A stretch of DNA of 64,000 nucleotides from Azolla caroliniana (Eukaryota > Plantae > Polypodiophyta), in assembly GCA_043228905.1 (NCBI GenBank), contig JBHGNT010000022.1, forward strand, positions 868,001-932,000, in the 5' to 3' direction. Below the pieces are notes generated by a model, which ran no database searches, was not told the origin of the DNA, and worked only from the letters and a program-made list of their open reading frames with translations. The translations under genes and the position numbers were made by a program. Shown one piece after another: positions 13,024-23,335 of this stretch. Position 1 is the stretch's first letter, and the number at the start of each line of letters is the position of its first letter.

Positions 13024-13318
13024 GATAACAAAACATATATATTATGTTAAGGGAATACACAATAGTAGCTAGGAGGCTTAAGATTGGCGTTGAACCGATT
13101 TGGTTCGAAATAATGCCTTGTGCCTCCTTTTATAGTGTTCTCAAGAGTAGTCCTGAAGTTTCTAGAATGTTCCAGAGAAATCTAGAATATACATCAATTT
13201 TCTATAGTAAAATCTAAATGAAAATAATATTTTTTGTATTACAACATACAGGCTAATGGTCAAGAGCTGGACCTATGTAACATAAGGTCATGGGTTCAAG
13301 TCTTGCCATGTCATGACA
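12850..13318 (-). repeat. Inverted complete B-family LTR (12865-13318) plus PBS (12850-12864) inside element B
   Basis: Reverse complement of LTR B from TGTCATGACATGGCAAG to CTGATA-GTTTGAACCGATTTT; microsatellite (GC)n(GA)n, no LINE. Confidence 0.9.
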
Positions 13319-13394
13319 CTTCGTCTCCACAATTAATTAATGATCTAAAAAATTAATGATGTCGCTTTTCGTCTCGATCTACCTCCACAACTTT

Positions 13395-13944
13395 GGATAC
13401 ATCCAGTGTTTCATAGTTCTCTCCTCGAACCCTATCAAGACAACACCATCCTAGGTCGTATTAAACAACCTCCACCCTTGATCGAGCTTGAAGATGGTCT
13501 TGAGTACAAGGTTGCCGCAACAAGCTCTACTATTTAGTCGATTGGCTAGGATATAGTCCCTACGAGTGTACTTGGAAACCAATAGAGAATGTGACCAATG
13601 CTCGTGCTCGTCTTGAAGACTTCCATCATGAATATCCAAACAAACCGGGTCCTCAATCCAAAACTACTCGGATACATCTAGTGTTTCATAGTTCTCTCCT
13701 CGAACCTTATCAAGACAACACCATCCCAGGTCGTATTAAACAACGTCCACCCTTGATCGAGCTTGAAGATGGTCTTGAGTACGAGGTTGCCGCAACAAGC
13801 TCTACTATTTAGTCGATTGGCTAGGATATAGTCCTTGCGAGCGTACTTGGGAACCAATAGAGAATGTGACCAATGCTCGTGCTCGTCTTGAAGACTTCCA
13901 TCGTCAATATCCAAACAAACCGGGTCCTCAATCCAAAACGACTC
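13395..13944 (+). repeat. 275-bp tandem duplication of the INT C-terminus/chromodomain coding region of B
   Basis: GGATACATC..GTGTTTCATAG starts at 13395 and 13670; both encode HxVFHSSLLEPY..EYxVAA..KLYYLVDWLGY. Confidence 0.9.
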
Positions 13945-13974
13945 ATAACACTCGTCGTTTTAAAGGGGGGATAG

Positions 13975-14410
13975 TGTCATGACATGGAAAGACTCGAACC
14001 CATGACCTTATGTTACATGGGTCGAGTTCTTGACCATTAAATTATATATTGTAATACAAAAGATATTATTTCCATTTAGGTTTTACTATAAAAAATTGAT
14101 GTATATTCCAGATTTCTCAGGAACATTCTAGAAACTTCAGGAGTACTCCTGAGAACACTATAAAAGGAGGCACAAGGTATTATTTCGAACCAAATCGGTT
14201 CAACGCCAGTCTTAAGCCTCCTAGCTACTATTTTATATTCCCTTAACATAATATATATCTTTTGTTATCCTCATTCTCACTCTCACTCTCTCCTTCTCTC
14301 GAGAGTTCTACACCTCCCTTAGTACTAATCCTCATCGTTTAGTACTAATTCCTTCCCTGTTTTAGTACTGTTCCTGACAGTACTTCTCTGTCTTTGTACT
14401 GGTCCTGACA
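13975..14410 (+). repeat. 3' LTR of B
   Basis: TG...CA, after PPT, followed by TSD. Confidence 0.93.
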
Positions 14411-14415
14411 ATAAA

Positions 14416-14589
14416 TATGCATATATATAGGGGTTGACCTTGGCCTTAGTCAAGGTGAACAACACTAGTTACGGAATCATAATTAAGTTATTGTTCTCTT
14501 GACTACTTTCTCTCTCTCTTTCTTATTATCTTGTCTATAATCTCTCTCTCACTCTCTTAGTATTGAGCCTCTTCTATTTGTCCGTGACA
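14416..14589 (+). repeat. 3' LTR of A, right part
   Basis: Follows second TSD copy ATAAA (14411-14415); TATA-like tract, CT-rich region, ends TGACA. Confidence 0.75.
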
Positions 14590-17267
14590 CAAGTTCCAAG
14601 ACTGAATATCTATAGAATATACCTAAGAAATATCTCTAGAATATACTTGTCTAGAATATACCATAGAATATTTCTAGAATATACTAAAGACTAGAATATT
14701 CTAATGTACTATGTGCTAGACTATACAATATTAAACCATATACAATTTACATATAGCTTAAGGGTTTCCAAATGGTTTATCTAGTACTAAGTATTGAGTG
14801 TATTCTAGGTCAGAGGTTTGAGTCTAGATGTGACTTTATGCCCCCTCCTACGCCGTTGTCCCAAACCGGTCGCCGATTTGTGGGAATACCAAAGATGAAA
14901 ATCTTGGACCACCTCCAGGGAATTTTGTAAATTCTTCACTGGTTCCCATGTGGCGTCAGATAGGGGGTAACCCTTCCACAAGTGGTTTGAGTCTAGATGT
15001 CACATTATCCCCCCTCCTACGCCGTTGTCTCAAAGTGGTTGCCGATTTGTGGGGATACCAAAGAAGAAAATCTTGGACCACCTCCGTGGAATTTTGTAAA
15101 TTCTTCGCTGGTTCCCACGTGGAGTCAGATACGGGGTAACCCTTCCACAAGACGAGGTATTGTAGATGTCGATGGTGCAAACATAAGTCAAGTATTTGGT
15201 TGACCTTGTATTCCTCCGTTATCGTCAACTGCATAGGTGGTGGAGGGGGGACTTAGTGTCTTGGGAGTTATGAAGCATAATGGGGTTCGAGGAGGGAGAC
15301 ATGAAAAACATCATGAATCCGGAAGTGGGATGGAAGGGCCAACCGGAAGGCGACGGGATTGATGCACTCAACTATACAGAATGGTTCCAACTTCTTGTAA
15401 TCAAGTTTTGCACATGAACGGGTAGTAGAGATGTGCCATCATAACAACTAGACCATGTCGCCGACGACAAAGGGTGGAGTGGCAGAGCGATGGTGATCAA
15501 CGTGTTTCTTGTATCATTTGCCAACGAGACTAAGCTCTAAGGATAAGTCATGATATAGCTCTTCTAAAACGCGGGCTGGACCCTCCGCCGAAGGGTTCAT
15601 AGAAGTGGTAGGGAGGGAAATGTTGAACCAAAGATGTAAACCATAGTTTGCAAAGAAGGGAGTGACGCTAGTTGATGCATGGAGAGAATTATTGTAGGCG
15701 AATTATGCCAGTGAAAGTAAGTTGACCCAATCATCTTGCTCATAACTAACTAAGCACCGAAGATACTGCTCAAGGATTTGGTTGATGTGCTCCATCTGAC
15801 CGTCAATGTGGGGGTGATAGGTAGAGGAAAACTTGACGGAGATGCCTAAAGTGTGCAACAGGCGTTGTCAGAAGTGAGAGACAAACTGGGGTTCGCGATC
15901 GGACATGACATCGTCGGGGAGTCCATGCAAACAAACCACATTGTTGAGGAGTAGATGCGCAATTCCTTCTTCGGAAATGGTTTTTGAGCATGGAGTGAAG
16001 TGAGCCATCTTTGTAAACCGATTGACAACGACCAACATCGAGTCGTAGCTATTGATCAAGGGTAGATCGGTGATCAGGTCCATAGAGATAGAGGCCCAGG
16101 GACGACTAGAGCATGGAAGCGGCTGGAGTAAACCATATGGTGGATGATGAGCAACTTTGGAGCAAGCGTAAAACTCACAATTCTTGATGTATTCTTTGAC
16201 CAACTTCCATGGTTGTGGCCACCAGTACCCCGGGAGATTAGTTCAAGGGTTTTTGCAACCCTGAAATGATTCGAAAGGGGGTCATCGTGGCATTCCCGCA
16301 ACACCCGAGTGCAACATGGGCCTTCCGAGACGTATAAGAGATGATCTCAGAATAACAAAGCATCTTTTATGGGGAAATGGTCAAGGTTCATCCGTTTGGG
16401 TGTCGTGGAGGGGTTTCGCAAACTATCTCAAATCTCGTTCGCTAACGCATGAATCGTAGATGCATCAGTGATATGTTGGAGTAACGAATCATCCTGCAAC
16501 ATACAAGTGGCAAAAAGTTGCAATTGGTCAGGTTTCAACAAACAACAAGATTATTGAGCATGAATAGCATCCCCGGGGAAGATAGCAAGTTTGGCTCAAC
16601 GAGAAAGGGCATTGGCCTTCCCATGTTGGCCACCAGGTCGAAATGTGATCTCAAAATCATAGTCACCGAGAAATGTTGACCAACGGGCCTACCTTCGATT
16701 CAAAGTACAAGTTGTGGAAAAATAAACTAAATTCTTATGATCAGTTACTACTTGGACACAGTGTTGTGCGCCGGTCAAGTAGGGGCGCCATTCTTCAAAG
16801 GCAGCAATGATAGCCGCAAACTCCTTGTTGTATATTGGAGAATTGATTCCGGATGCCGTGAATTTGCAGGAGTAGTAAGCCACTTGGCGCATTATGTTGG
16901 TTTCGTCGGCTTGTGATAAGATGGCACCAATTGTGAAGTCAGAGGCATCGGTTTCGACTTGGAAGGGTCTTGTGGGGTTGGCATGTAGAAGCATAGGGGC
17001 AATGATGAATGCATGTTTTAGTGAGTCGAATGCATTTTGTGCTACCGAGGTCCATAAAAAGGGAGTACCTTTGTGGTGAGGGCGATAAGAGGTTGGGCTA
17101 GGGTGGAAAACCCCTTGATGAAGCAATGGTAAAAATTTGCGAAGCTAAGGAAGGATTGCACACCTTTAACTCGACTTGGAGTCTCCCACTCTCGAATTAC
17201 TGAGACCTTCTTCATATCCATCGTGATGCTAGTGGGCGAGGTGATGTAGCCTAGGAATTCAATCAAG
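14590..17267 (-). mobile_element. pol: Chromovirus C, 3' half: part of 3' LTR (14590-about 14835), PPT, chromodomain, INT, RH, end of RT; decayed
   Basis: EEYKVNQILD..YLVLWKGY, SISMDLITDLP, VETDASDFTIGAILSQ, IEFLGY at about 17260; CTAGAATAT-rich LTR next to CCCCCTCC. Confidence 0.9.
14815..15152 (-). repeat. 169-bp tandem duplication spanning chromodomain end, PPT and LTR tip of C
   Basis: GGTTTGAGTCTAGATGT at 14815 and 14984; both units end CCCTTCCACAAG. Confidence 0.85.
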
Positions 17268-17303
17268 AACACGTTCGTGTTCACAAGTGGAAGGATCGCG
17301 CAT
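17268..17303 (+). repeat. Left TIR AACACGTTCGTGTTCACAAGTGGAAGGATCGCGCAT
   Basis: Reverse complement of 43258-43293 with 2 mismatches. Confidence 0.9.
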
Positions 17304-17648
17304 TCCACTTGTAGAATCTTCTTGGAAATATCCAAATATACCCTCTCTACAAAAAATTGGATACACTAGTATCACATGTTCGACAACTTAATTAGAATTT
17401 GCAAATATAAAAATACATGATAGGTCTACAAGTGGAGATCATTAGAAATTCAAATAAGTTTGGATGTGTTGATAAGTTAATGTAGGCATAATAAAGTTCA
17501 ACAATGGCTCAATATCTCACTAATGTGCGACATGGGAAACACTAAGTTAAAGACTTATATTAATTTGGTAAGTTTTACAAAAATATGAGCTGTACTTGTA
17601 ATCATACTAATAAAATGAGTTATAATTTATACTTTGACCCGTACTCGC

Positions 17649-17925
17649 ATGTATATAATTGTGGATAATGTAGGATAGTGAACTTTAGGATAATGTGATT
17701 GGAATAACTAACTTATTAAGGTATTTAATAATTGTATTTAAAGTTGATCTAATCTATTCCTCAGTTTGTTCGTATGGGATCAAACCATATGTATATAATT
17801 GTGGACAATGTAAGACAGTGAACTTTAGGATAATGTGGTGGAAATAACAAGCCTATTAAGGCTTTCATACTTGTATTTAAAATTGATCTAATCTATTCCT
17901 TAGGTGATTCACACGGGATCAAACT
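17649..17925. repeat. About 140-bp subterminal tandem duplication (2 diverged copies)
   Basis: ATGTATATAATTGTGGA..GGGATCAAAC at 17649 and 17789. Confidence 0.85.
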
Positions 17926-18384
17926 CCGAACGATAACGCTAGTGGAACTACAAGCGTATAAAAACATGCGGATAACGCTAGTGGAACCATTATCAACACA
18001 CTACACAATCTAAGCAACAATGGAAGAGAAACATAACAGTTTTAACAATAGAAGACAAAGATCCATAATACATGGACTGGTATATATTAGACACGGAATG
18101 ACAATCTCAACAATTGATCGCAAAGAACAACATGGACAGCCATGGCAACAATTCTATGAGCATGTTATGTTAAGGTAAAGTTTGACCAAAATCAGCCTTA
18201 ATTTAAACTAATTCATGTTTCTCCATATTGGTAGTTAGCAATGCACGCGGTGAAACCAATGTCATAAGTCTACTAACCAAGTATATAGAAATAAAATTGA
18301 AACATATAGAAGATTATAAAGAATAGAATACACCAAGTAAAACCCAAAATTTGTATTAGTAATGTGAATTCCTAACAATACATT

Positions 18385-21086
18385 TTATGAACAAAAGAGT
18401 CTATTACATAGCAAGCAAATCGTCATGTCATTTTCTTCTTCATCTTGTATAGAAGTCTCTTCGGCTATACGTGCATTGTCTTCTCTTGTTAGCCGAGCCA
18501 ACGGAATATCTTCTAAAAGCTCATCATCAAGCTCTATTAGTTCCCTCGGTTCCCCGGCTAACGGAGGAATAGGCTCTCGTGAAGCAGGTTGAAACCTTTC
18601 GGTATCAGCGAGGTTCTTTGCACCGACCTCCTCGTCTTGGTCTGGGCACTCCCACAAAGCCTTAATCCTCATGTTTATAAATATATCTTGCTCCTCATCC
18701 TTCTCCAATGCAACTGTGTTTCTAAAGAGCTTCAATGCACATGCAGACGTTGTCCCTGTGAAGAAAGTAACAAGAAGAATTAGTTTAAAAAAAAAGAGAT
18801 TCAGTATTGGTTATCTCATGATCGTTAACCTAGTTCGAGGAATACTTGTGCCAGAAAAGAGGTCTAATATCCAATCTCCTTCTACAAAAAACATCTCGAT
18901 CAAGCGCATCATAAGTCGTTGAGGTTTTTGGTATGGGTTGACAAGTCCCTGTTCTGTCGTGGTGACATGTCGCAATTTCCGTGTCACTGCTGGATATACC
19001 AGCAGATTTGAACCTCCAACTTCATTAGAATGCTCCTTTATTTCATCGAAGTAGCCAACCGTAATGTATTCAATCGCATTTACGAACTGAAAGGTTGGCC
19101 CTCTATTGACATTGGTTTTTATTCTATGACAAATATTGCATCGAGTTAAGAATAGATTGAACAATCTTAAGAAAGGAAATATAGTGAATGAGACTTATAA
19201 ATAATCCTTACCATGCAAGGTTCTTGATGCCATGGCAACGAGATCTCAAATCTTGAGCTACCGAGTACCCTTGGTCCATACTATGAAAGAAAACTATCCT
19301 ACAAGGATGCAGTCGTTAGCTCAGCAAAATCCTTGACCATCTTCTCTAACTGTTTAAACCTAAATGGTTCATCGTCGTATGATGCCCCTGCCATTCGAAA
19401 TATGTATGGAATATCAACAATCATTAGCGTATATTCCTTCTTTGGCACTTTTTGGATCATGTCAACGACATCGCCGCAAATCACGTTGTAGTAAAGATCT
19501 CTCGTAATATCCTTTTTGTGGCTAAATTTTTTGAAGGAGCCATCTTCCTCAATTTCGTACGCCTTGACTAAGCGACGATCCTTTTCTTTTCTGGCTCTCT
19601 CGAGATGTGCAAGGAAGGATGTCAGGAAATCGTGTATATCCTTAACTTCTCCTTGTTTCTTGCCACGACACGGTTTCTAATAGAAGCAATAAGACATCAA
19701 GTATTATTACACAACCTCTACATATGAGGAAAGCTTAATGAAAAAACACCAATACTAACTCAATCCTTGAATGCAATAAAATACTCGGATAATGCCTTAC
19801 ATGAAGATGTTAGAGGATAATCCTCGGTCACTTGTTCCCAAGTTATACATCCAAGTTATTTCATCATAACTTCTTGGATCTTCATGTACACCTTATGACT
19901 GTGAAATTAGAAAACTAGATTAGAAATTTCAATTGCACCATATTGAATTCAATATCACTATTTGAAAGACTTACTTATTGAACTCATTGACCATTTCTTC
20001 AAGGCTTAAATCTTTCGCCACAACCCTTGACAAAACAGACACAAGAAGTTGCTCATCCTTAATACCTTGCATTGCTCTCCACAACTTCATGTCATCAGCC
20101 GCTTCTTCAATTGTCAAATCAATTTTCTTGGCCGCTTGTGACTTTAATTCTAGTTGAGGATCTACCTCAAATTTCTTTTGTCGTTGACCCTTGACCTCAT
20201 TCTCCCACATTGAGAAGATTTGATCTTGTAGGTTCCATACTTCTCCATCTCTAAAGGCAAGTTGAAACCAGGACTCATATTTCCGAAGACCATCAAACTT
20301 AACATTATCTTCCACCACAATGCCGACTTCATGCAAGCATTGACGTCGTAGGCTTGGATGTAGCTTCACATCGAACTTTTGTTTGACGTCCAAGTACTCG
20401 TGGTGGAAGAACCTTATACGCTCAATCGATGACATTTTCTACCTATAGTCATTATCATTATTGTGGTCCCATGCCAACAACTTTGCCTCTTCAGTTGTGA
20501 GGCCCACGTAAATTTTGCACTCGGCATACTTGAAGAAGAAAATCATTGGATGTTCTCTCACAAGTTGCCGACGTGCCTCCGCCGATGCGATCCACCAATT
20601 ACAAAGTAATTGTATTGATCATGCTTTCTTATGTTGAATTCTTCAATGGTTTCACATTCTTCGGGATCCACCATAACAATAAAATGCACAACAGTAGCAT
20701 GTGGATTAATTTTCATTTTTTTCTTTAGATTTTGAACATGCATTCGGTGTGGCTCTCTGATCTCAAGTGGTCTTCGTCCTGTTTTTTCATCTACAGGGGG
20801 CTGATGGATGTGTGTTATAGGCAAATTAAACACCCTCCCTTTTCTCACCAGTTTACGCTGCATTAACTCTCTCTGTATCTTATTCTGCTCGGATGACAAC
20901 ACACCTGATGCCAGCTCAGCTCCTGGCGTCCCCCTAGTGTCCTCATCTTCATTTGAGCTTGATGAGTCGAAGTTTGACATTTTAGTGGTCCTCTTTTTTG
21001 TTGGTCTTGATTGCACTTTAGATGCCCTTTTCGGGGCCTTCACTGGGGAGGGCTAGGGCTCCCTTCCAGTTACATGGCCTTGTATA
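18385..21086 (-). pseudogene. Cargo gene, 3' part: ParB/Srx-like domain, helical linker, beta-class N6/N4 DNA methyltransferase; 4 predicted introns
   Basis: ParB-like YFVIGGSH.AEARRQL..CKIYVGLTTEEAKLLAWDHN. MTase VICGDV..MIVDIPY, then QKPQRLMMRLIEMFFVEGDWILDLFSGT^xTTSACALKLFRNTVALEKD. GT-AG introns at about 19974-19899, 19759-19677, 19211-19124, 18845-18756. Several stops/frameshifts. Confidence 0.85.
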
Positions 21087-21363
21087 TGACAAGAAATACG
21101 CGGAATAATCTCCGGCCACAACCGAAGCGTAGATCACTTGATGACAATCGAATACAGAAGAAATGGGAATGGAGGTAAGTACATGAACAAAAAAGAGAAT
21201 ACACAGGATGTTAACGTGGAAAACCCCTGAGAGGGAAAAACCACGGGAGTCCACAGACTCCAAACTATCACTATGCCAATGATTACAACAGGGAGCACAG
21301 AGGCAATGACCTCCTGCTCACGATCTTCGCCTGGCGGAGGTTACAACAGAGACATGCTCTGAA

Positions 21364-21404
<41 letters not shown>

Positions 21405-21820
21405 GTATAGTCGTTACACCAAATTACACTATACGACGATAATAATAGCAACAACATCAACATTGTTTGCCCTAGGTCACATTTATACTAATATGACATT
21501 AGGACTATTTACAGATTAGCCCCAATGGGCTCTCATAAACATATCTACGTATATGTCCCTTCATCCGGTGAGAGGTTCTCAACGGGCCTGCAACATCCGG
21601 TTCTCACCGGGTCTTCCTTGCCGGGTACTCGTCATCTGGTTTTCACCGGGTCTTCCGATGTCGGGCCTGAAACATCCAGTTCTCACCGGGTCTTCCTTGC
21701 TGGGTACTCGTCATCCGGTTCTCACTGGGTCTTCCTTGCTGGGTACTCGTCATCCGGTTCTCACCGGGTCTTCCGATGCCGGGCCTGCGTATCCCATCTG
21801 GAGGAATCAAGATCCTAACA
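21087..21820 (-). repeat. 3' LTR of copia F, with tandem CATCCGGTTCTCACCGGGTCTTCC units
   Basis: Matches 30580-31180 but has more repeat units. Confidence 0.9.
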
Positions 21821-21830
21821 AACTCCCCCT

Positions 21831-22648
21831 TCACTCCGGTATGGGATTCCTCGTCAATCCGATCCGCTTCTGGCATGCGTCTAGCTTGTCGGGTGTCAGC
21901 ACCTTGGTCAACATATCCGACCCGTTCTCCTCCGTGTGGATCTTAGTCAACACGAACTCTTGGTCTTCTACTCGCTCCCGAATCCAGTGGTACCTCCGCT
22001 GGATGTGCTTCGTCCTAGAATGATACACTGCGTTCTTCGCAAGGTGGATGGTACTTTGTCTGTCGATATAGAGCCGGTATTCCTCTTGCCAGATCCCTAG
22101 CTCTTCGATGAAGTCCTTCATCCATAGTATTTCCTTGCCGGCTTCCACAGCCGCCATGTACTCCGCTTCCGTGGTTGACAACACAACCATCTTCTGCAGC
22201 CTCGATTGCCACGAAACAGCTCCCCCCCCCATATGTCATGACATATATCCGGATGTTGACCGGCTAGTATCTGCATCAACCGACATATCCGAATCGGTGA
22301 AACCGTCAAGTTGGGGTTTACCGGAGCCGAATTAGAGACACATACTTGAGGTGCCTTTCAAGTATCAGAGTATCTATTTTACTGCATTCCAGTTCTCCTT
22401 GCCAGGATTGCTCATAAACTGGCTCACCACTCCGACTGCATATCTGATATCCGGTCAGGTACACAACATTGCATACATTAGGCTCCCCACGGCAGAGGCA
22501 TATGGTATCTTCATCATATCCACCTTCTCTGCCTTCGTCTTCGGGCTTTGCTTACCGGATAAACTACAGTTTTCCGGAAGTGTTGATCTGACCGGTTTCG
22601 CATCTGACATGTTGAACCGCTGAAGCACATTTGTCACATACTTATCCT
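21831..22648 (-). pseudogene. pol: Copia F RT end and RNase H
   Basis: PYASAVGSLMYAM, STTEAEYMAA, RTKHIQRRYH. Confidence 0.9.
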
Positions 22649-23325
22649 TGTTAGGAATTGACGCTTTCAAGACCTTCGCCTCTCGGCCGCAACCGAGGAA
22701 ACACGAATCAATGCAGCAGAAAATCGAAACACAGAGAGAGACTTGAGTGCACAGGGTTTAGCGTGGAAAACCCTAGACGGGAAAAACCACGGGAGTGCAA
22801 GACTCCAACTATCACTATACACAGGGAATGTACAATGGCGAGCTGCAAGGCAACGACCTTGAGCTCGATGTCCTCGCCACAGGCGGCGGTATTACACAGA
22901 GGCGTCGACCTCTTACTTTCTCTCTCCCTCTCACTCACTCTCTCGGCTGCTCTCACTTCGTTCCCTCTAAGTGGAAAACAGAAAAATGAGCAACAACAAA
23001 AAATGTTTGCCCTAAGTCATATTTATACACATATGACTTTCGGGCTATTTACAAATATAGCCTCAAGGGCCCTTGGCAAACATATTCACAAATATGTCCC
23101 CGCATCCGGATCTCTCTCCGGGTACATTCGTCATCCGGCTCCGTAGCCGGGGTCTTCATCATCCGGCCCCGTAGCCGGGGTCTTCATCATCTGGCCCCGT
23201 AGCCGGGGTCTTCATCATCCGGCTCCGTAGCTGGGGTCTTCATCATCCGGCTCCGTAGCCGGGGTCTTCATCATCCGATTCCCGGACATCCGACCATCCC
23301 ATCCGGAGGGACCGTAATCCCAACA
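22649..23325 (-). repeat. 3' LTR of G with five 28-bp tandem units
   Basis: Unit TCATCCGGCTCCGTAGCCGGGGTCTTCA at about 23131-23270. Confidence 0.95.
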
Positions 23326-23335
23326 AACTCCCCCT

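Larger units (their letters stand above)
4029..14410 (+). mobile_element. Chromovirus element B (rearranged), inserted in LTR of A
   Basis: Matching LTRs starting TGTCATGACATGG at 4029 and 13975. TSD ATAAA at 4024-4028 and 14411-14415. PPT AAGGGGGGATAG before 13975. Confidence 0.92.
1..14589 (+). mobile_element. Ty3/gypsy chromovirus (Tcn1-like) element A, 5' part outside window; 3' LTR split by element B
   Basis: Gag-PR-RT-RH-INT-chromodomain fragments at 1-3768. PPT GCAGGGGGAA precedes LTR start TGTCA at 3778. LTR resumes after TSD at 14416 and ends GTGACA at 14589. Confidence 0.9.

Noticed and set aside
17283-17312. Hairpin ACAAGTGGAA..TTCCACTTGT as a Helitron-type end
   Set aside because: No Rep/helicase in the window; the boundary is fully explained by the TIR pair.
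18385-21086. Bacterial contamination or prophage as the source of the ParB-MTase
   Set aside because: GT-AG introns are shared by two copies, and plant LTR elements are nested in it with TSDs.
22658-23146. 162-aa ORF repeated at 27450-27938
   Set aside because: Antisense frame within near-identical LTRs with a non-ATG start; the repetition reflects LTR duplication.
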